A stretch of DNA of 64,000 nt from Octopus bimaculoides (lineage: Eukaryota). Below, piece after piece: positions 1 through 13,073 of the stretch. The notes beneath the pieces were generated by a model that saw only the letters and a list, made by a program, of their open reading frames with translations, did not search any database and was not told the origin of the DNA. The position numbers and the translations under genes were made by a program. Every line of letters begins with the position of its first letter. The first letter of the stretch is position 1. The stretch is taken from NCBI RefSeq assembly GCF_001194135.2, contig NC_068994.1, positions 4,568,993 to 4,632,992 on the forward strand. Direction: 5' to 3'.

Positions 1-665
1 CTTCCTTTTCCTTCCCCCTCCGCCCTCCGCCCCCACCATTTCTGTACACTTTTCTTCTTCCCCTTTTCCCTCCTTCCCCTCTCCCTCTCTCCCACCCCTG
101 AACATATTTTTTCTTCCTCTTCTTTTTTATCTCTCTCCTTCCTACCTCCTTCTCCTCCCCCTCCATCCTCATCTTCTTTCTTTCTTTCTTTTTTTCCCCA
201 TCTCTTATCTTTCTCTACATTTCTCTGGTTTCCTTTATTTTTTCTTTTTTTTTTACTTTTCTTCCCATTTCTTCTTCTTTTTATATAATCTTCTTCCTTT
301 TCTTTCTTTCCATCAGTCTCTTTTTCATTTTCTAATCCATTGTTTTTTTTTCTTCTTCTTTTCTTTCCTGCCTTTCATTTCTTTTCCTTCATTTCATTAT
401 TGATGTTGTTCTTCCTTCTTGTTGTTATGGTTACTTTCCTTTTTTTTCCTTCTCCACCACCACCACTGCCGCCATTTATTTTCTATCTCACTTCATCACA
501 TTTTCTTTTTTCCTTCGATCTTTTCCAGTTTTCTTCCCCCCTTCTCCCCTCCCCCTTCCTCAACTCTTTTCTTTCACCTCTTCTCCATCTTTCTCAGTTA
601 TTTCTTTTTTATCCATCTTTTTCTTCTTTCTTGTCATCCTCTCCTAAATGTCTTCACAAACCACC
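1..665. repeat. Polypyrimidine (C/T-rich) low-complexity tract
   Basis: The + strand is almost entirely C and T; the overlapping F/L/S/P-rich ORFs are compositional. Confidence 0.9.
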
Positions 666-738
666 ATAATTTCTCTTGTCCACATAACACCAACCAATAA
701 TCAGAAAACTCTGAGTAACAACAGAACGTTATCAAATC

Positions 739-749
739 TATTATTATTA

Positions 750-819
<70 letters not shown>

Positions 820-831
820 CATTATTATTAC

Positions 832-864
<33 letters not shown>

Positions 865-866
865 CA

Positions 867-897
<31 letters not shown>

Positions 898-1244
898 NNN
901 NNNNNNNNNNNNNNNNNNNNNNNNNNNNNNNNNNNNNNNNNNNNNNNNNNNNNNNNNNNNNNNNNNNNNNNNNNNNNNNNNNNNNNNNNNNNNNNNNNNN
1001 NNNNNNNNNNNNNNNNNNNNNNNNNNNNNNNNNNNNNNNNNNNNNNNNNNNNNNNNNNNNNNNNNNNNNNNNNNNNNNNNNNNNNNNNNNNNNNNNNNNN
1101 NNNNNNNNNNNNNNNNNNNNNNNNNNNNNNNNNNNNNNNNNNNNNNNNNNNNNNNNNNNNNNNNNNNNNNNATTGCTATTATTATTAATATTATTATTAT
1201 TATTATTACTATTATTATTATTATTATTACTATTATTATTACTA

Positions 1245-1308
<64 letters not shown>

Positions 1309-1371
1309 TTTTATTATTATTATTACTATTATTACTATTATTATTATTATTACTATTATTATTATTATTAC

Positions 1372-1430
<59 letters not shown>
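739..1430. repeat. (TAT)n microsatellite interrupted by an N gap
   Basis: Direct reading; TAC/CAT variants are interspersed; gap at about 898-1171. Confidence 0.95.
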
Positions 1431-1431
<1 letters not shown>

Positions 1432-1655
1432 GGTGGTGAACTGGCAGAGTTGCTGGTGGCTTGGATAAAGTGCTTTGTGATATTCTTGCCCGTTGCTACG
1501 TTCTGAGTTCAAATTCCACCAAGGTCGACTTTGCCTTTCATCCTTTTGCGGTCAATGAAATAAATACCAGTTATTCACTGGGGTCAATGAAATCGACTAT
1601 CGCCCCCCCACCCTCCAAATTTCAGGCCTTGTGCCTATAGTAGAAAGGATTATTG
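1430..1655 (+). mobile_element. tRNA-derived SINE, family A (near full length)
   Basis: A-box-like TGGCAGAG, B-box GAGTTCAAATTCC, central GGTCGACTTTGCCTTTCATCC...AAATAAATACCAG, and 3' GGCCTTGTGCC..TAGAAAGGATT(ATT)n. More than 15 similar copies occur in the window. Confidence 0.85.
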
Positions 1656-1708
1656 TTATTATTGTTATTATTAGTATTAGTATGATTATTATTAGTCAGC
1701 CTTGGTTC

Positions 1709-1847
1709 AGGCGGTGGATTACCAGAATTGTTAGAGCATCAGGCATAATATCATGCAGTATTCGTTCCAGCTCTTTAAGTTTTGAGTTCAAATCCTGCCA
1801 TAGTCAACTGTACCTTTTATCTTTCTGGGATCAATAAAATAAAGTAC
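1709..1847 (+). mobile_element. SINE family A, diverged and 3'-truncated
   Basis: GAGTTCAAATCC B-box followed by a degenerate central domain. Confidence 0.7.
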
Positions 1848-1911
1848 TAACTAAACATCTCTCCCTATAAAACTATATCTACTTGTGTATGTGTGTGTGT
1901 ATTTGCATGAT

Positions 1912-2050
1912 ATCATCATCATCATCATCATCATCATCATCGTTTGTTGTCCATACTGGCATGGGTTGGAGAGAGCATCCAGCTGTAGACACATTGCCAG
2001 ACCAGATTGGAGCCTGGTGCAGCCTCCTGGCTCGCCAGTCCTCAGTCAAA
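1912..2050 (-). mobile_element. RTE-type LINE 3' end with an inverted 5' segment
   Basis: The (GAT)n tail and terminal piece match the copy at 57968; 1975-2050 is the adjacent upstream segment in the opposite orientation. Confidence 0.7.
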
Positions 2051-2189
2051 TAAGTCCTGGTGGTGCTCCATCCAGCATGATTGCAGTCAAACAATTGAAA
2101 CAAGTAAAAGAAAAAAAGAAAAGAAAGAATATATCATCATCATCATCATCATCATTTAACGTTTGCATTCCATGCTGGCATGGGTGGGA

Positions 2190-2234
<45 letters not shown>

Positions 2235-2368
2235 GGCAGACAGATACAAAAGTAGATACATTGTCTCATATATAGGACACTGTCATTCTCACTTCTGGCA
2301 GCTCACAAACTTTCTCCCTCACAGGTCCTTGCTTCCTTTCTCTCTCTCTCTCCCTCTCTCTCTCTCTC

Positions 2369-2413
<45 letters not shown>

Positions 2414-2463
2414 CTCATAGATATTGAGTTGCTCCTCCATCTTAACATTCATATGCACTTGCA

Positions 2464-2499
<36 letters not shown>

Positions 2500-3467
2500 C
2501 AGACACAGCAATATTTATATACACATGAATGCATAAACCTACATTTAAGTGCATAAGTGTGTGTGTGTGTGTTGGTGGGGTTGGGTGAGTGTGTGTGTGT
2601 GCGTGTATAAATACATGTTGGCTTGCTGTGTAGGGTGGTGACGATGGTGGAGTGTCTCATGTAACACTGCTACCCATTTTGCTGAGGGCGGTGGAGATAT
2701 TACAAAAAGTGGTGGTTTGTTTCTTTNNNNNNNNNNNNNNNNNNNNNNNNNNNNNNNNNNNNNNNNNNNNNNNNNNNNNNNNNNNNNNNNNNNNNNNNNN
2801 NNNNNNNNNNNNNNNNNNNNNNNNNNNNNNNNNNNNNNNNNNNNNNNNNNNNNNNNNNNNNNNNNNNNNNNNNNNNNNNNNNNNNNNNNNNNNNNNNNNN
2901 NNNNNNNNNNNNNNNNNNNNNNNNNNNNNNNNNNNNNNNNNNNNNNNNNNNNNNNNNNNNNNNNNNNNNNNNNNNNNNNNNNNNNNNNNNNNNNNNNNNN
3001 NNNNNNNNNNNNNNNNNNNNNNNNNNNNNNNNNNNNNNNNNNNNNNNNNNNNNNNNNNNNNNNNNNNNNNNNNNNNNNNNNNNNNNNNNNNNNNNNNNNN
3101 NNNNNNNNNNNNNNNNNNNNNNNNNNNNNNNNNNNNNNNNNNNNNNNNNNNNNNNNNNNNNNNNNNNNNNNNNNNNNNNNNNNNNNNNNNNNNNNNNNNN
3201 NNNNNNNNNNNNNNNNNNNNNNNNNNNNNNNNNNNNNNNNNNNNNNNNNNNNNNNNNNNNNNNNNNNNNNNNNNNNNNNNNNNNNNNNNNNNNNNNNNNN
3301 NNNNNNNNNNNNNNNNNNNNNNNNNNNNNNNNNNNNNNNNNNNNNNNNNNNNNNNNNNNNNNNNNNNNNNNNNNNNNNNNNNNNNNNNNNNNNNNNNNNN
3401 NNNNNNNNNNNNNNNNNNNNNNNNNNNNNNNNNATACATATATATATATATATATATATGAGTATAT

Positions 3468-3623
3468 GTTGGTGTGTTTACGTCCCCGTAACTTAACGGT
3501 TCGGCAAAAGAGATCAATAGAATAAGTATTAGGCTTACAAAGAATAAGTCCCGGGGTCGACTTGTTTGGCTAAAGGTGGTGCTCCAGCATGGCCGCAGTC
3601 AAATGACTGAAACAAGTAAAAGT
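3468..3623 (+). mobile_element. SINE family B, 3' half
   Basis: GGTGTGTTTACGTCCCCGTAACTTA...GGTGCTCCAGCATGGCCGCAGTCAAATGACTGAAACAAGTAAAAG; repeated many times in the window. Confidence 0.85.
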
Positions 3624-4256
3624 ATATATATATCTGATATGTGTAGGTTTGGTAGAGCAAACAGGGTATATATGTATGTATATTATAAGTGAAACTTCAA
3701 ATTATCTGAGTTCAGACTCAAATGTTTACATTGAAGTGCTTACACACACATGCATGTACACATACACACACTTGCAGATCATCATTCCCACATCCCTACA
3801 TACATACATTAACTAGTTACTTCACTCTCTATCAATCTGTCAATATCTTTTTCTCTCCAAGAATCATTTCATTTCAATCAATTATCTATCAATCTGTCTA
3901 TATATCTCGATAATCTATTTATATATTTATCCTGGTGACTGACTGTCATAAGCACGCATTAGAGGGAAACAGAGATACATAAACACACACAAAATAATAC
4001 TCACACACACACATGCTCACTCATACATCTAGACACAAACAATGAATGTATGTATATGTAATTCTAAGGAGTCGTTTATCTTCTAGAATTCAAAGTCTTT
4101 ATAGAAAAAGAAAAAAATCTTTGAAAGTTTTTCTTCATAGTGCTTGTAATATAATTTGTCTATATATTATACAAGATAATAGTTATACCATATGTGTGTA
4201 TATGCGTGTGTGTGTGTGTATATATAGATATATAATGTGTATGTGTGTGCATATAT

Positions 4257-4632
4257 ACTCTTTTACTCTTTGACTTGTTTCAGTCATTTGACTGCGGCCA
4301 TGCTGGAGCACCGCCTTTAGTCGAGCAAATCGACCCCAGGACTTATTCTTTGTACTTATTCTATCGGTCCCTTTTTGCTGAACCGCTAAGTGACGGGGAC
4401 ATAAACACACCAGCATCGGTTGTCAAGCATTGCTAGGAGGACAGACACACAAACACACACACACACATATATATATATACATATATACGACGGGCTTCTT
4501 TCAGTTTCCGTCTACCAAATCCACTCACAAGGCTTTGGTCGGCCCGAGGCTATAGTAGAAGACACTTGCCCAAGGTGCCACGCAGTGGGACTGAACCCAG
4601 AACCATGTGGTTGGTAAGCAAGCTACTTACCA
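4257..4632 (-). mobile_element. SINE family B (tRNA head plus CORE-like domain), near full length
   Basis: The minus strand reads TGGTAAGTAGCTTG..GGGTTCAGTCCCACTGCGTGGCACCTTGGGCAAGTGTC (B-box, then MIR/CORE-like CCTTGGGCAAGT), an internal (TA/TG)n tract and an (AAGAGTA)-type tail; it runs into a gap. Confidence 0.85.
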
Positions 4633-5749
4633 NNNNNNNNNNNNNNNNNNNNNNNNNNNNNNNNNNNNNNNNNNNNNNNNNNNNNNNNNNNNNNNNNNNN
4701 NNNNNNNNNNNNNNNNNNNNNNNNNNNNNNNNNNNNNNNNNNNNNNNNNNNNNNNNNNNNNNNNNNNNNNNNNNNNNNNNNNNNNNNNNNNNNNNNNNNN
4801 NNNNNNNNNNNNNNNNNNNNNNNNNNNNNNNNNNNNNNNNNNNNNNNNNNNNNNNNNNNNNNNNNNNNNNNNNNNNNNNNNNNNNNNNNNNNNNNNNNNN
4901 NNNNNNNNNNNNNNNNNNNNNNNNNNNNNNNNNNNNNNNNNNNNNNNNNNNNNNNNNNNNNNNNNNNNNNNNNNNNNNNNNNNNNNNNNNNNNNNNNNNN
5001 NNNNNNNNNNNNNNNNNNNNNNNNNNNNNNNNNNNNNNNNNNNNNNNNNNNNNNNNNNNNNNNNNNNNNNNNNNNNNNNNNNNNNNNNNNNNNNNNNNNN
5101 NNNNNNNNNNNNNNNNNNNNNNNNNNNNNNNNNNNNNNNNNNNNNNNNNNNNNNNNNNNNNNNNNNNNNNNNNNNNNNNNNNNNNNNNNNNNNNNNNNNN
5201 NNNNNNNNNNNNNNNNNNNNNNNNNNNNNNNNNNNNNNNNNGATGGAGGGGAGATAAAAAGGAAATCAAAGGGAAAGGTAGATGGAGACCTGTATTCTCT
5301 CTCTCTCTACAAACACGCACACACACACACATGTGAACGTGTGTGTGTGTATATATATATAATATGTGTGTATGCAGTATTGTTGTTGTTGTTTGTAGTG
5401 GTGGTGGTGGTGGTGGCGGCAGGGGCGGTGGTAGCAATGTGTAAGAGGCAGGTGACAGTAGGAGGATTGGTGACAGGTGGTTGGAGAGGCCATGTGGAAT
5501 AGAGTTTAACCCCCACCCACTGCCCCACCTTCCCCTCCTATGAAGAATGAATGGGAACTGTTGGGATGAATTAGTGTTGGAGAGGCAGAGACAGATAAGG
5601 AGAAGTAAAGAGAGAGGGGGAGAGGAGAGCAGGTGAGATAGAGAGAGAGAATAAGATAAGAGTGAGAAAGCTAGAGACCTCAAATAGATATGTTGTCACA
5701 TATGTTTTTGAATTTGTATGTATGCACATACATGCGTATATATGTGTGT

Positions 5750-6007
5750 GAAGGCGTATGACTCACTGGTTAGAGTGTCCGGCTTACAATCATGAGGTTG
5801 TGAGTTTGATTCCTGGACCAGGCCATGTGTTGTGTTCTTGAGCAAGACACTTTATTTCACGTTGCACCAGTTCACTCAGCTGTAGAAATGAGTTGCGACA
5901 TCACTGGTGCCAAGCAGTATCGGCCCCTTTGCCTTTCCCTTGGATAACATCAGTGGCATGGGGAGGGGAGGCTGGTTTGCATGGCTGACTGCTGGTCTTC
6001 CATAAAC
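5750..6007 (+). mobile_element. tRNA-derived SINE, family C (CORE-like)
   Basis: A-box-like CTGGTTAGAG, B-box-like GAGTTTGATTCC, then TTGAGCAAGACACTT...CAGCTGTAGAAATGAG resembling the CORE domain. Confidence 0.65.
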
Positions 6008-6014
6008 ATTGTAA

Positions 6015-6290
6015 TGACATGAGTTCAATTCCCTGTGATGCGTTTTGTTTCCTTAAGCAAGACGCTTTACTCCACATTGCTCCAGTCCACTCAGCAGGCA
6101 AAAAGGAGTAGTTTATATTTCAAAGGGCCAGTCTTGTCACATTCTGTCACGCTGAATCTCCCTGAGAACTACGTTACGGGTACACGTGTCTGTGGAGTGC
6201 TCAGCCACTTGCACTTTCATGAGCAGGCTGTTCCAATGATTGGATCAACTGGAATCCTCATTGTCGTAACCAACGGAGTGCCACCCAAGT
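6015..6290 (+). mobile_element. 5'-truncated SINE, family D (CORE-like)
   Basis: Starts at B-box GAGTTCAATTCC and shares TTAAGCAAGACGCTTTA...TTGCTCCAGTCCACTCAGC with family C, then has a different 3' body. Confidence 0.55.
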
Positions 6291-6543
6291 GTCTCCTCTA
6301 CAGCAAAACACCTGTTCTTGTGCTTCTCGACACCTGGCACAAAGCCCCTTCCCTGAGTACTGCATCCACTCTCTATGAAAGGGTCCTGTCTTGTGGTTTG
6401 TCAGTCATGAAAACAAAAAATGGCACCTGGGTGTGCTCCTACGAAGTGGTGGGCATTCAACAGAATGATAAAAAACCATAGCAAAGCAGACATTAGAAGC
6501 CCTCTGCTTAGTTGAATCCCATTGAAGTATCCAACACATAATC

Positions 6544-6660
6544 CAGTGGTTCCCAACCAGGGACCACATGGCCCTTTGGGGTCCATATAAGATCTGGTTG
6601 TTAAAATTTAAGTGAAATAAATTGGGTTATACTTGTACAATACTCAAAATGTTTTAACAT
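6544..6660 (+). mobile_element. hAT-type MITE, left part
   Basis: Terminus CAGTGGTTCCCAACC; the body matches the copies at 38463 and, inverted, 32981. Confidence 0.65.
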
Positions 6661-7122
6661 ATTTTTTTATGTGGTGGTAGTGGTGATGGTGGAAGACCAG
6701 CGTTTGTTCAGGGCCGGTTTCACTATTGTTGCTCTGAGTAGATCCTCTTTGTTGATCTTCCCTTCATTTACTTGAGTTTCTCCATGCAATGTTGCAGATG
6801 TCTCAGGGGAAGTTGACTGCAATGGACTATTATTCTATCCAGGGTTTGACTACACACTTAACAACAGAAACGAACAACTAAACACTAGGGCCAATGAATT
6901 AGTATTGATCACTTTTGATTATGTTTAGTGACACATATGTGTGTAGAATGTATATATAGACAGAGAGAGAGAGAGAGAGAGAGAGGCAGACACAGAGAAG
7001 GAGAAGTGTGTGTGTGTACATATAAATGTATAAGAGATAAGGATTTAGCACCATTTGTTGTATGTGTGTGTATGTATGTATATATATATATGTATATATA
7101 TATGAAATCATTTATTTTTATA

Positions 7123-7153
<31 letters not shown>

Positions 7154-7550
7154 AGATATATATATGCATACACACATACACACATGATTATATATATATT
7201 TATATACTAATGTAGATTAAAGAACAGGATTGTACACACACTCACACAAACACACACACACACACACACACGCGTGCATGCACATACACATAATATGACT
7301 CATTCAGTGTGTCTGTTGTTGTTGATGTTGTTGTTGTCCTATCTGTGGATGTGTAGGGCTGGGGGAGAGAGAGGAGTGTAACACACAGAATAAGAATGAC
7401 TAGTTTCCTGGTGGTGGTGGTGGTGGGTGGTGGTGGTGGTAGTAGTGAAAGGAGATGTACAGTAGGAGTAGTGATATACATTCTTTATTGCCTCTTCCTC
7501 ACCACCACAACCACTGACAACATTCTCCCTGATCATCTTTCTCTCTTTTC

Positions 7551-7591
<41 letters not shown>

Positions 7592-8084
7592 ACCCCACAG
7601 TTTTTGTCAGGAGAGACTGAGATATACATGTCACCAAGGAAGACTGGGGTGGATAGAACTTGGGTGTGTGTGTGTGTGTATACACACAATTTCTTTAGGG
7701 TATAACCATATTAAGCTCAGCTGCAGACACAGGCTATCAGAGAAATAAAGACACACACAAATACATGTACATGTTAACAAGTAATGAACCTCACAACTCC
7801 CTTTCTTCTCCCCACTGCCCAGAAACCCTATTCATTCAGATTTTATTCATCCTCAGACAATAAGTTGCGGGTTTACAGTAAAAGGGAAACAACTACAGAA
7901 ATTTAAGTTTAAAGCCACCTCACTTCCTGCTGTTTTAGATCTTCCCCTCCTGGGCCAAAAAGACCCTTGGTTAAAGGTCCATGTTCTTCAAGTATTCATC
8001 TAGCTATAGAGGGAAGCTATTGTTCATAGTGGCTAGCCTCTTTTCTTAGGTGAGTTTTATCTCATCTGCTGTATGTTCTTTTTG

Positions 8085-8232
8085 GTCATTGGACTCTGGC
8101 CATGCTGGGGCACTAATACGAAGAGCTTTAGTTGAGTAAATTGACTCTGGTACTTATTTTTGAATCTACTTTCTTTTGTTTGCCGAACTGCTATGTCATT
8201 TGGGACCGAATCAAACAGTACCACTTGTCAAG
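8085..8232 (-). mobile_element. SINE family B, degenerate 3' half
   Basis: GGCCATGCTGGGGCACT...TTGTCAAGC similarity to family B. Confidence 0.6.
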
Positions 8233-8751
8233 CTGTGAAAGACAAAAAAAAAAAAACACACACACACACACACACATTCATGCATGCATACACACACATG
8301 CCCATGCATACGCACACATATACACCATTGTCATTTCACATCCATTTCCCATTATACAGTGTGTCCTCATTTCAAAGTAGTTGAATGTGATATGAGGGGA
8401 TTTGTCTATGATTTCTAGCAATTCAAAAAAAGCCACATAGATTATCTTGTAATTTTTTTCTTTTGTAAGATTGTAGAATATGATTTGAGGATGGTCTGAT
8501 TGCTATTTCTAGCAAGGAGAGTGACTAGGTAGAGGCTCCGTCATAGTCAGGGGCTCAGAAACGTCTTTCCAGATTGTAAAAAGGATCATTTCAATCCAAG
8601 AGGCTTTTCACATCATAAAGTAATAATACTGTGTGTGTGGAGAGAGAGACAGAGAGAGTATTGGACATAGCTTTAGTTCTGTACTAGTTAAGTGGTTGAT
8701 GTGAAGTGGAGTGAATATCCACCTGGAGACAACACCAGGCTTGTTTATTTC

Positions 8752-8781
8752 TTAACAGAAATAAGTAAATGCATAGATAGA

Positions 8782-8837
<56 letters not shown>

Positions 8838-9150
8838 TAGATAAAAGTAAAGAAACAGGGCGGTAGAAGAGGTATATCTTAGATATACAAATAGCTAACC
8901 AGATATTCAGTTTTGAAGTAGTTTTATATACACACACATATATACATATATATGTGTGTGCATATGTATGTATGTATATATATGAGTGTGTATATATATA
9001 TATATACACTCGTATATATATGTGTGTGTATGTATATACATGTATATATATATATAGATAGATAGATAGATATACATATAATGTAAACACTCATACACAC
9101 AAACACATATATGTATATATAAGATATATATATATATATCTTATGTGTAT

Positions 9151-9241
<91 letters not shown>

Positions 9242-9258
9242 CACAAATACACACACAT
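8752..9258. repeat. Compound (GATA)n/(GACA)n/(TA)n/(CA)n microsatellites
   Basis: Direct reading. Confidence 0.9.
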
Positions 9259-9299
9259 AGATGTATGTTTGGGGAGGGGGGTTGTGTTTATGAAACAGT

Positions 9300-10450
9300 T
9301 AATGTTTTAATGAGAGGTTGAGATGGAGTGAAAACAGGGAGAGGGGTGGAGTAACATGATAGAGTGGTAGGGAGGGATATGAGTAGTAGGAGTAGTAGTA
9401 GTATGAGGAAGGAGGAGAGAGAGAATTAGGGAAATAATGAATGTAGGTAGTAGAGAGGGGTTGGTGGAGGAATGGAGGAGAAAGAAGAGCTGTGATGGAG
9501 GGGATGAGGCAGAGGTGGTGGGAGAGACATGCAGAGAGAGGGGGATAATGTAGAAGAAAGGGGACTACAGAACTGTTGAGAGAGAGAGTGAAAGAGAGGA
9601 ACTGCTTAATGAGGGTGACGGTGGTGGAGATAGACACACAGAGAGAGTGAGAGAGAGAGAGGGGAGGAAAGGCGATTGTAATGTATGTATGTGAGGTGGG
9701 ACAGGAGGGAGAGGAAGAGTGTGTGAAAGATTGTTTTGTGTGGGAGGAGGAGGAGAAAGTGAAGGAAAGAGAGTATGATGTGTGTGTGGAGGGAAATTGT
9801 ACAATGAATGCGTGAAGGAGGGAGAAGGAAAGAGCGTGATAAATGCGTGTATTTGTAAAGAGAAAGTAAAAAAAGAGATAGAGTGCTGTGAATGTGGCAG
9901 AAAGAGGGAGAGAGAGGGAGAAGCTATAAGGAGTGATGGTGGCGGGGAGTGAAGCTGAGATATGTGTGTACGTGTTGTATACTTTGTGTGTGTGTGTGTG
10001 TGTGTAATCATCAGAAAAAAGAGGGAAAGCAAAATGAAACAAGACAGAAAGACAGACGGACAGACATGTAGAGAGAGACTTTGTTGTAATCAGAGAATGG
10101 GAGAGTTGAAATGTGTGTGTGTGTATTTATGTAGATGTGTGTGTGTAGATGTGTTTGTGTAGATGCTTGTGTGTGTGTATATATATATATATATATGTGT
10201 GTGTGTATTTATGTTTATGAGTTTGTGGAGATGTGTGTGTGTGTGTGCAACAATGAAAGAGAAAGTGTATTAAAAAAAAAGAAAGAGGGGAAGTATGAGT
10301 GTGAAATAAGAGGGAGAAGTTGTGTGTGGATTTATGAGCTTTGTGTGTGTGTGTGTGTGTGTGCATGTGTATGATTAATTTTCTATGTAAGATGTGTGTA
10401 CATGTGTGTAGGCAAGGATAAAGTGACTGGTTTATGAGGAAGGGATGGGA
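9300..10450. repeat. Purine-rich (G/A) and (TG)n low-complexity tract
   Basis: C is strongly depleted on the + strand. Confidence 0.85.
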
Positions 10451-10959
10451 AAAGTGTGTGTGTGTGTGTGTGTGTGTAGTTGTATCTATTTATCTATTTA
10501 TCTATATATATATATATACACACACACATACATATCTACGTCTGTGTATTTATGTATGTGTGTATGTTGTCTGTAATGGTAATAATAGAAGTAATGGTGG
10601 TGGTGGCAGCAGCAGCAGCAGTAGTAGTAGTAGTTGTAGTAGTAGTAGTAATTACAGTAGTAGCAGGTGGTGGAGGCCACACATACTGATGTTAATGTTG
10701 TTCTTGTTATCATCACAACTATGATGATGATGGTGGTGGTGGTGGTGATGAGGATGATAGGGAGGAGGAGGAGGAGGACTGAAACAAACACAGTAATTAG
10801 CATTTTTCCAAACATTTCAGTCATTTTCCTAAGTTGAATAAAGATGATGTTGTGGCTTTCATTCATTTCCCAATATTCAAATAAAACTTCTAAACTGACA
10901 GAATCTTCAGAGCCTCAGAGAAAAATGCTTTGAAGTTTTGTTCCTACTTTTTTTTTTCC

Positions 10960-11235
10960 ATTCTGTGTTCAAATCTTGCCAAAGTCAACCTTTGCTTCCA
11001 TCCTTTCTGGGCCAGTAAGATTAAAGTACCAGTTATATACTGCGGTTGATGGGGTATTGACTGACACCCACCTCTCGAAACTGCTGGCCTTGTGTCTGGC
11101 AGAGTTGGCAATGTTCTGCACACAAAGCTTGCTGATATATTTCTTCTGGTTTTTACATTCTGAGTTCAAATCTCACCGAGGTCGACTTTGCTGTTCACCC
11201 TTGCAGGGTCGATAAAATAAGTTACAGTTGAACAC
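10960..11235 (+). mobile_element. Two tandem SINE family A remnants
   Basis: Two B-box motifs (GTGTTCAAATC and GAGTTCAAATC), each followed by the central domain. Confidence 0.7.
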
Positions 11236-11311
11236 TGAAGGCCTTTTCAACACAAATAGCGGGACATGTTTTTAACCAAACAAATGCATACACACACGTA
11301 CAAATATTTAT

Positions 11312-11718
11312 TTTTATCATTTACTTGCTGGAGTCATTGGATTTCAGCCATGGTGGGTCAATCACCTAAAAGGGTTCATTCAGACAAATTGACCCAGTTC
11401 TTATTTTTTTACGCCTGATACTTATTCTATTGGTCTCTTTTCCTGAACCACTAAGTCACAAGGATGTAAACAAACCAACACCTGTTGTTAAAGAATGGTG
11501 GGCGGGGCACACACAATCACAAAAACACATGCACATACATACATATATATACGTATGCAAACATGGCACACAACATGCTTCTTTCAGTTTCTATCACAAG
11601 GGTTTGATTGGCCCAGAGCTTATAATACAAAAGACACTTGCCCAAGGTGCTGTGTGGTGAGGCTGAACCCAAGACCACACGGTTGGGAAACCAGTTTCTT
11701 TGCCTGTGCTTAGCCACA
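11312..11718 (-). mobile_element. SINE family B, diverged full length
   Basis: Collinear with the 4257-4632 copy, including the internal CA/TA tract. Confidence 0.8.
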
Positions 11719-12299
11719 TATATGCATTTTTAGAATATCTCATGTCTCTGGGTGATAAATGTGAGATGCAACTCAAAAGAGAAGGGCATCTGGCCATGAA
11801 TATATCTCAACGCCCACCAGGAGGAGGGGGTAGAGCCCACTTTGAGAACCTGTGGTCAAGGTGATGTACATTATCGAAAGGGATTTAGTAAATTGTTTTT
11901 AGTTTTGTAACTTATTTCCTCCACGTCTTTATATTAAATGACCGAGTACACTTATTTGAAGTCTACACAGGGAGTTATCTCCCTTACAGGTTTATAACAC
12001 AAACACATACATACACGATTATCACTCGTCCGTTTTTACATCTGCATTTGGAAGCTGGCATGCGTTGGAAGGGACATTTCTTAGGCAATGATATTATTCA
12101 TGGCTGCAGTCAAATGACTGAAACAAGTAAGAGTAAGAGAATGTATATATCATATATATATATATATACACACACAGATACATACATACATACATATATA
12201 TGTATATAAATTGAAAAATTGTTGTCTGTGTGAATATGTGTATATATTTGTGTGTGGTTGTCCTCCCTCCCCGTCCCCTCCTTCGCACCACCAGAATAA

Positions 12300-12435
12300 T
12301 ATATAGAAGTGAGAAAAATATTTTGTCCTAGAGGAAGAGTGAGAGGAGAGAAGGAGAGTAACTAGATTTCGTAGGAGATAAAGGGGGGGAGTGTGAAACA
12401 AAAAAAAAACCAACTCACACATGTGTGTGTGTATG

Positions 12436-12468
<33 letters not shown>

Positions 12469-12990
12469 CTATACATATATACACATACACGCACACACAC
12501 ATGAGGAGATGCAGTGAGCTAAAGAGAAATGAGATGTATACAAAGAGTAGAGAGAGAAGTGATGAGGAAACTGAAAGAAGTAGAGAGGGAAAGTAGGAGG
12601 AAGAGATAGAGTTAATAAGATTAAGTGAAAGAGAGGGAGAGAGAGAAGGAGGGGAAGAGATGTACTGAGAGAAAAAGTAAAGGGAAAAAAGAATAACAAA
12701 CTGGAGAATAAGTGAGACATAGATGTAGGAAGGCGATGGCGGGGGGTGGGAGGTGGTGGCAAAAGTAGAGGTTGGGAAATAAAGAAAGAAGAAGAGGTGA
12801 ATGAGAAACAGAAAAAAGGGGAAAAAAAAACATGGAAGATAGATTTTGTTGTGAGATAAAGAGTGTGGGGGAAGAGGTGGCATAGTGAATATGAGGGTAG
12901 GAGGAGGAGGAAGAGAGGGAGAATAAGAAGTGAAAGGAAGGGGGAGACGCTTGGTGAACTGAGTCCTGTGCATGTATGTGTGAGTGTGTA

Positions 12991-13073
<83 letters not shown>

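Noticed and set aside
1430-1530. tRNA-like A/B boxes here and in many other places
   Set aside because: They are SINE heads: no cloverleaf, followed by SINE bodies, multicopy and diverged.
2652-5683. Long ORFs of 200-430 aa here and at 36243-38428, 46277-50481 and 58078-61301
   Set aside because: They are open only because they run through N gaps.
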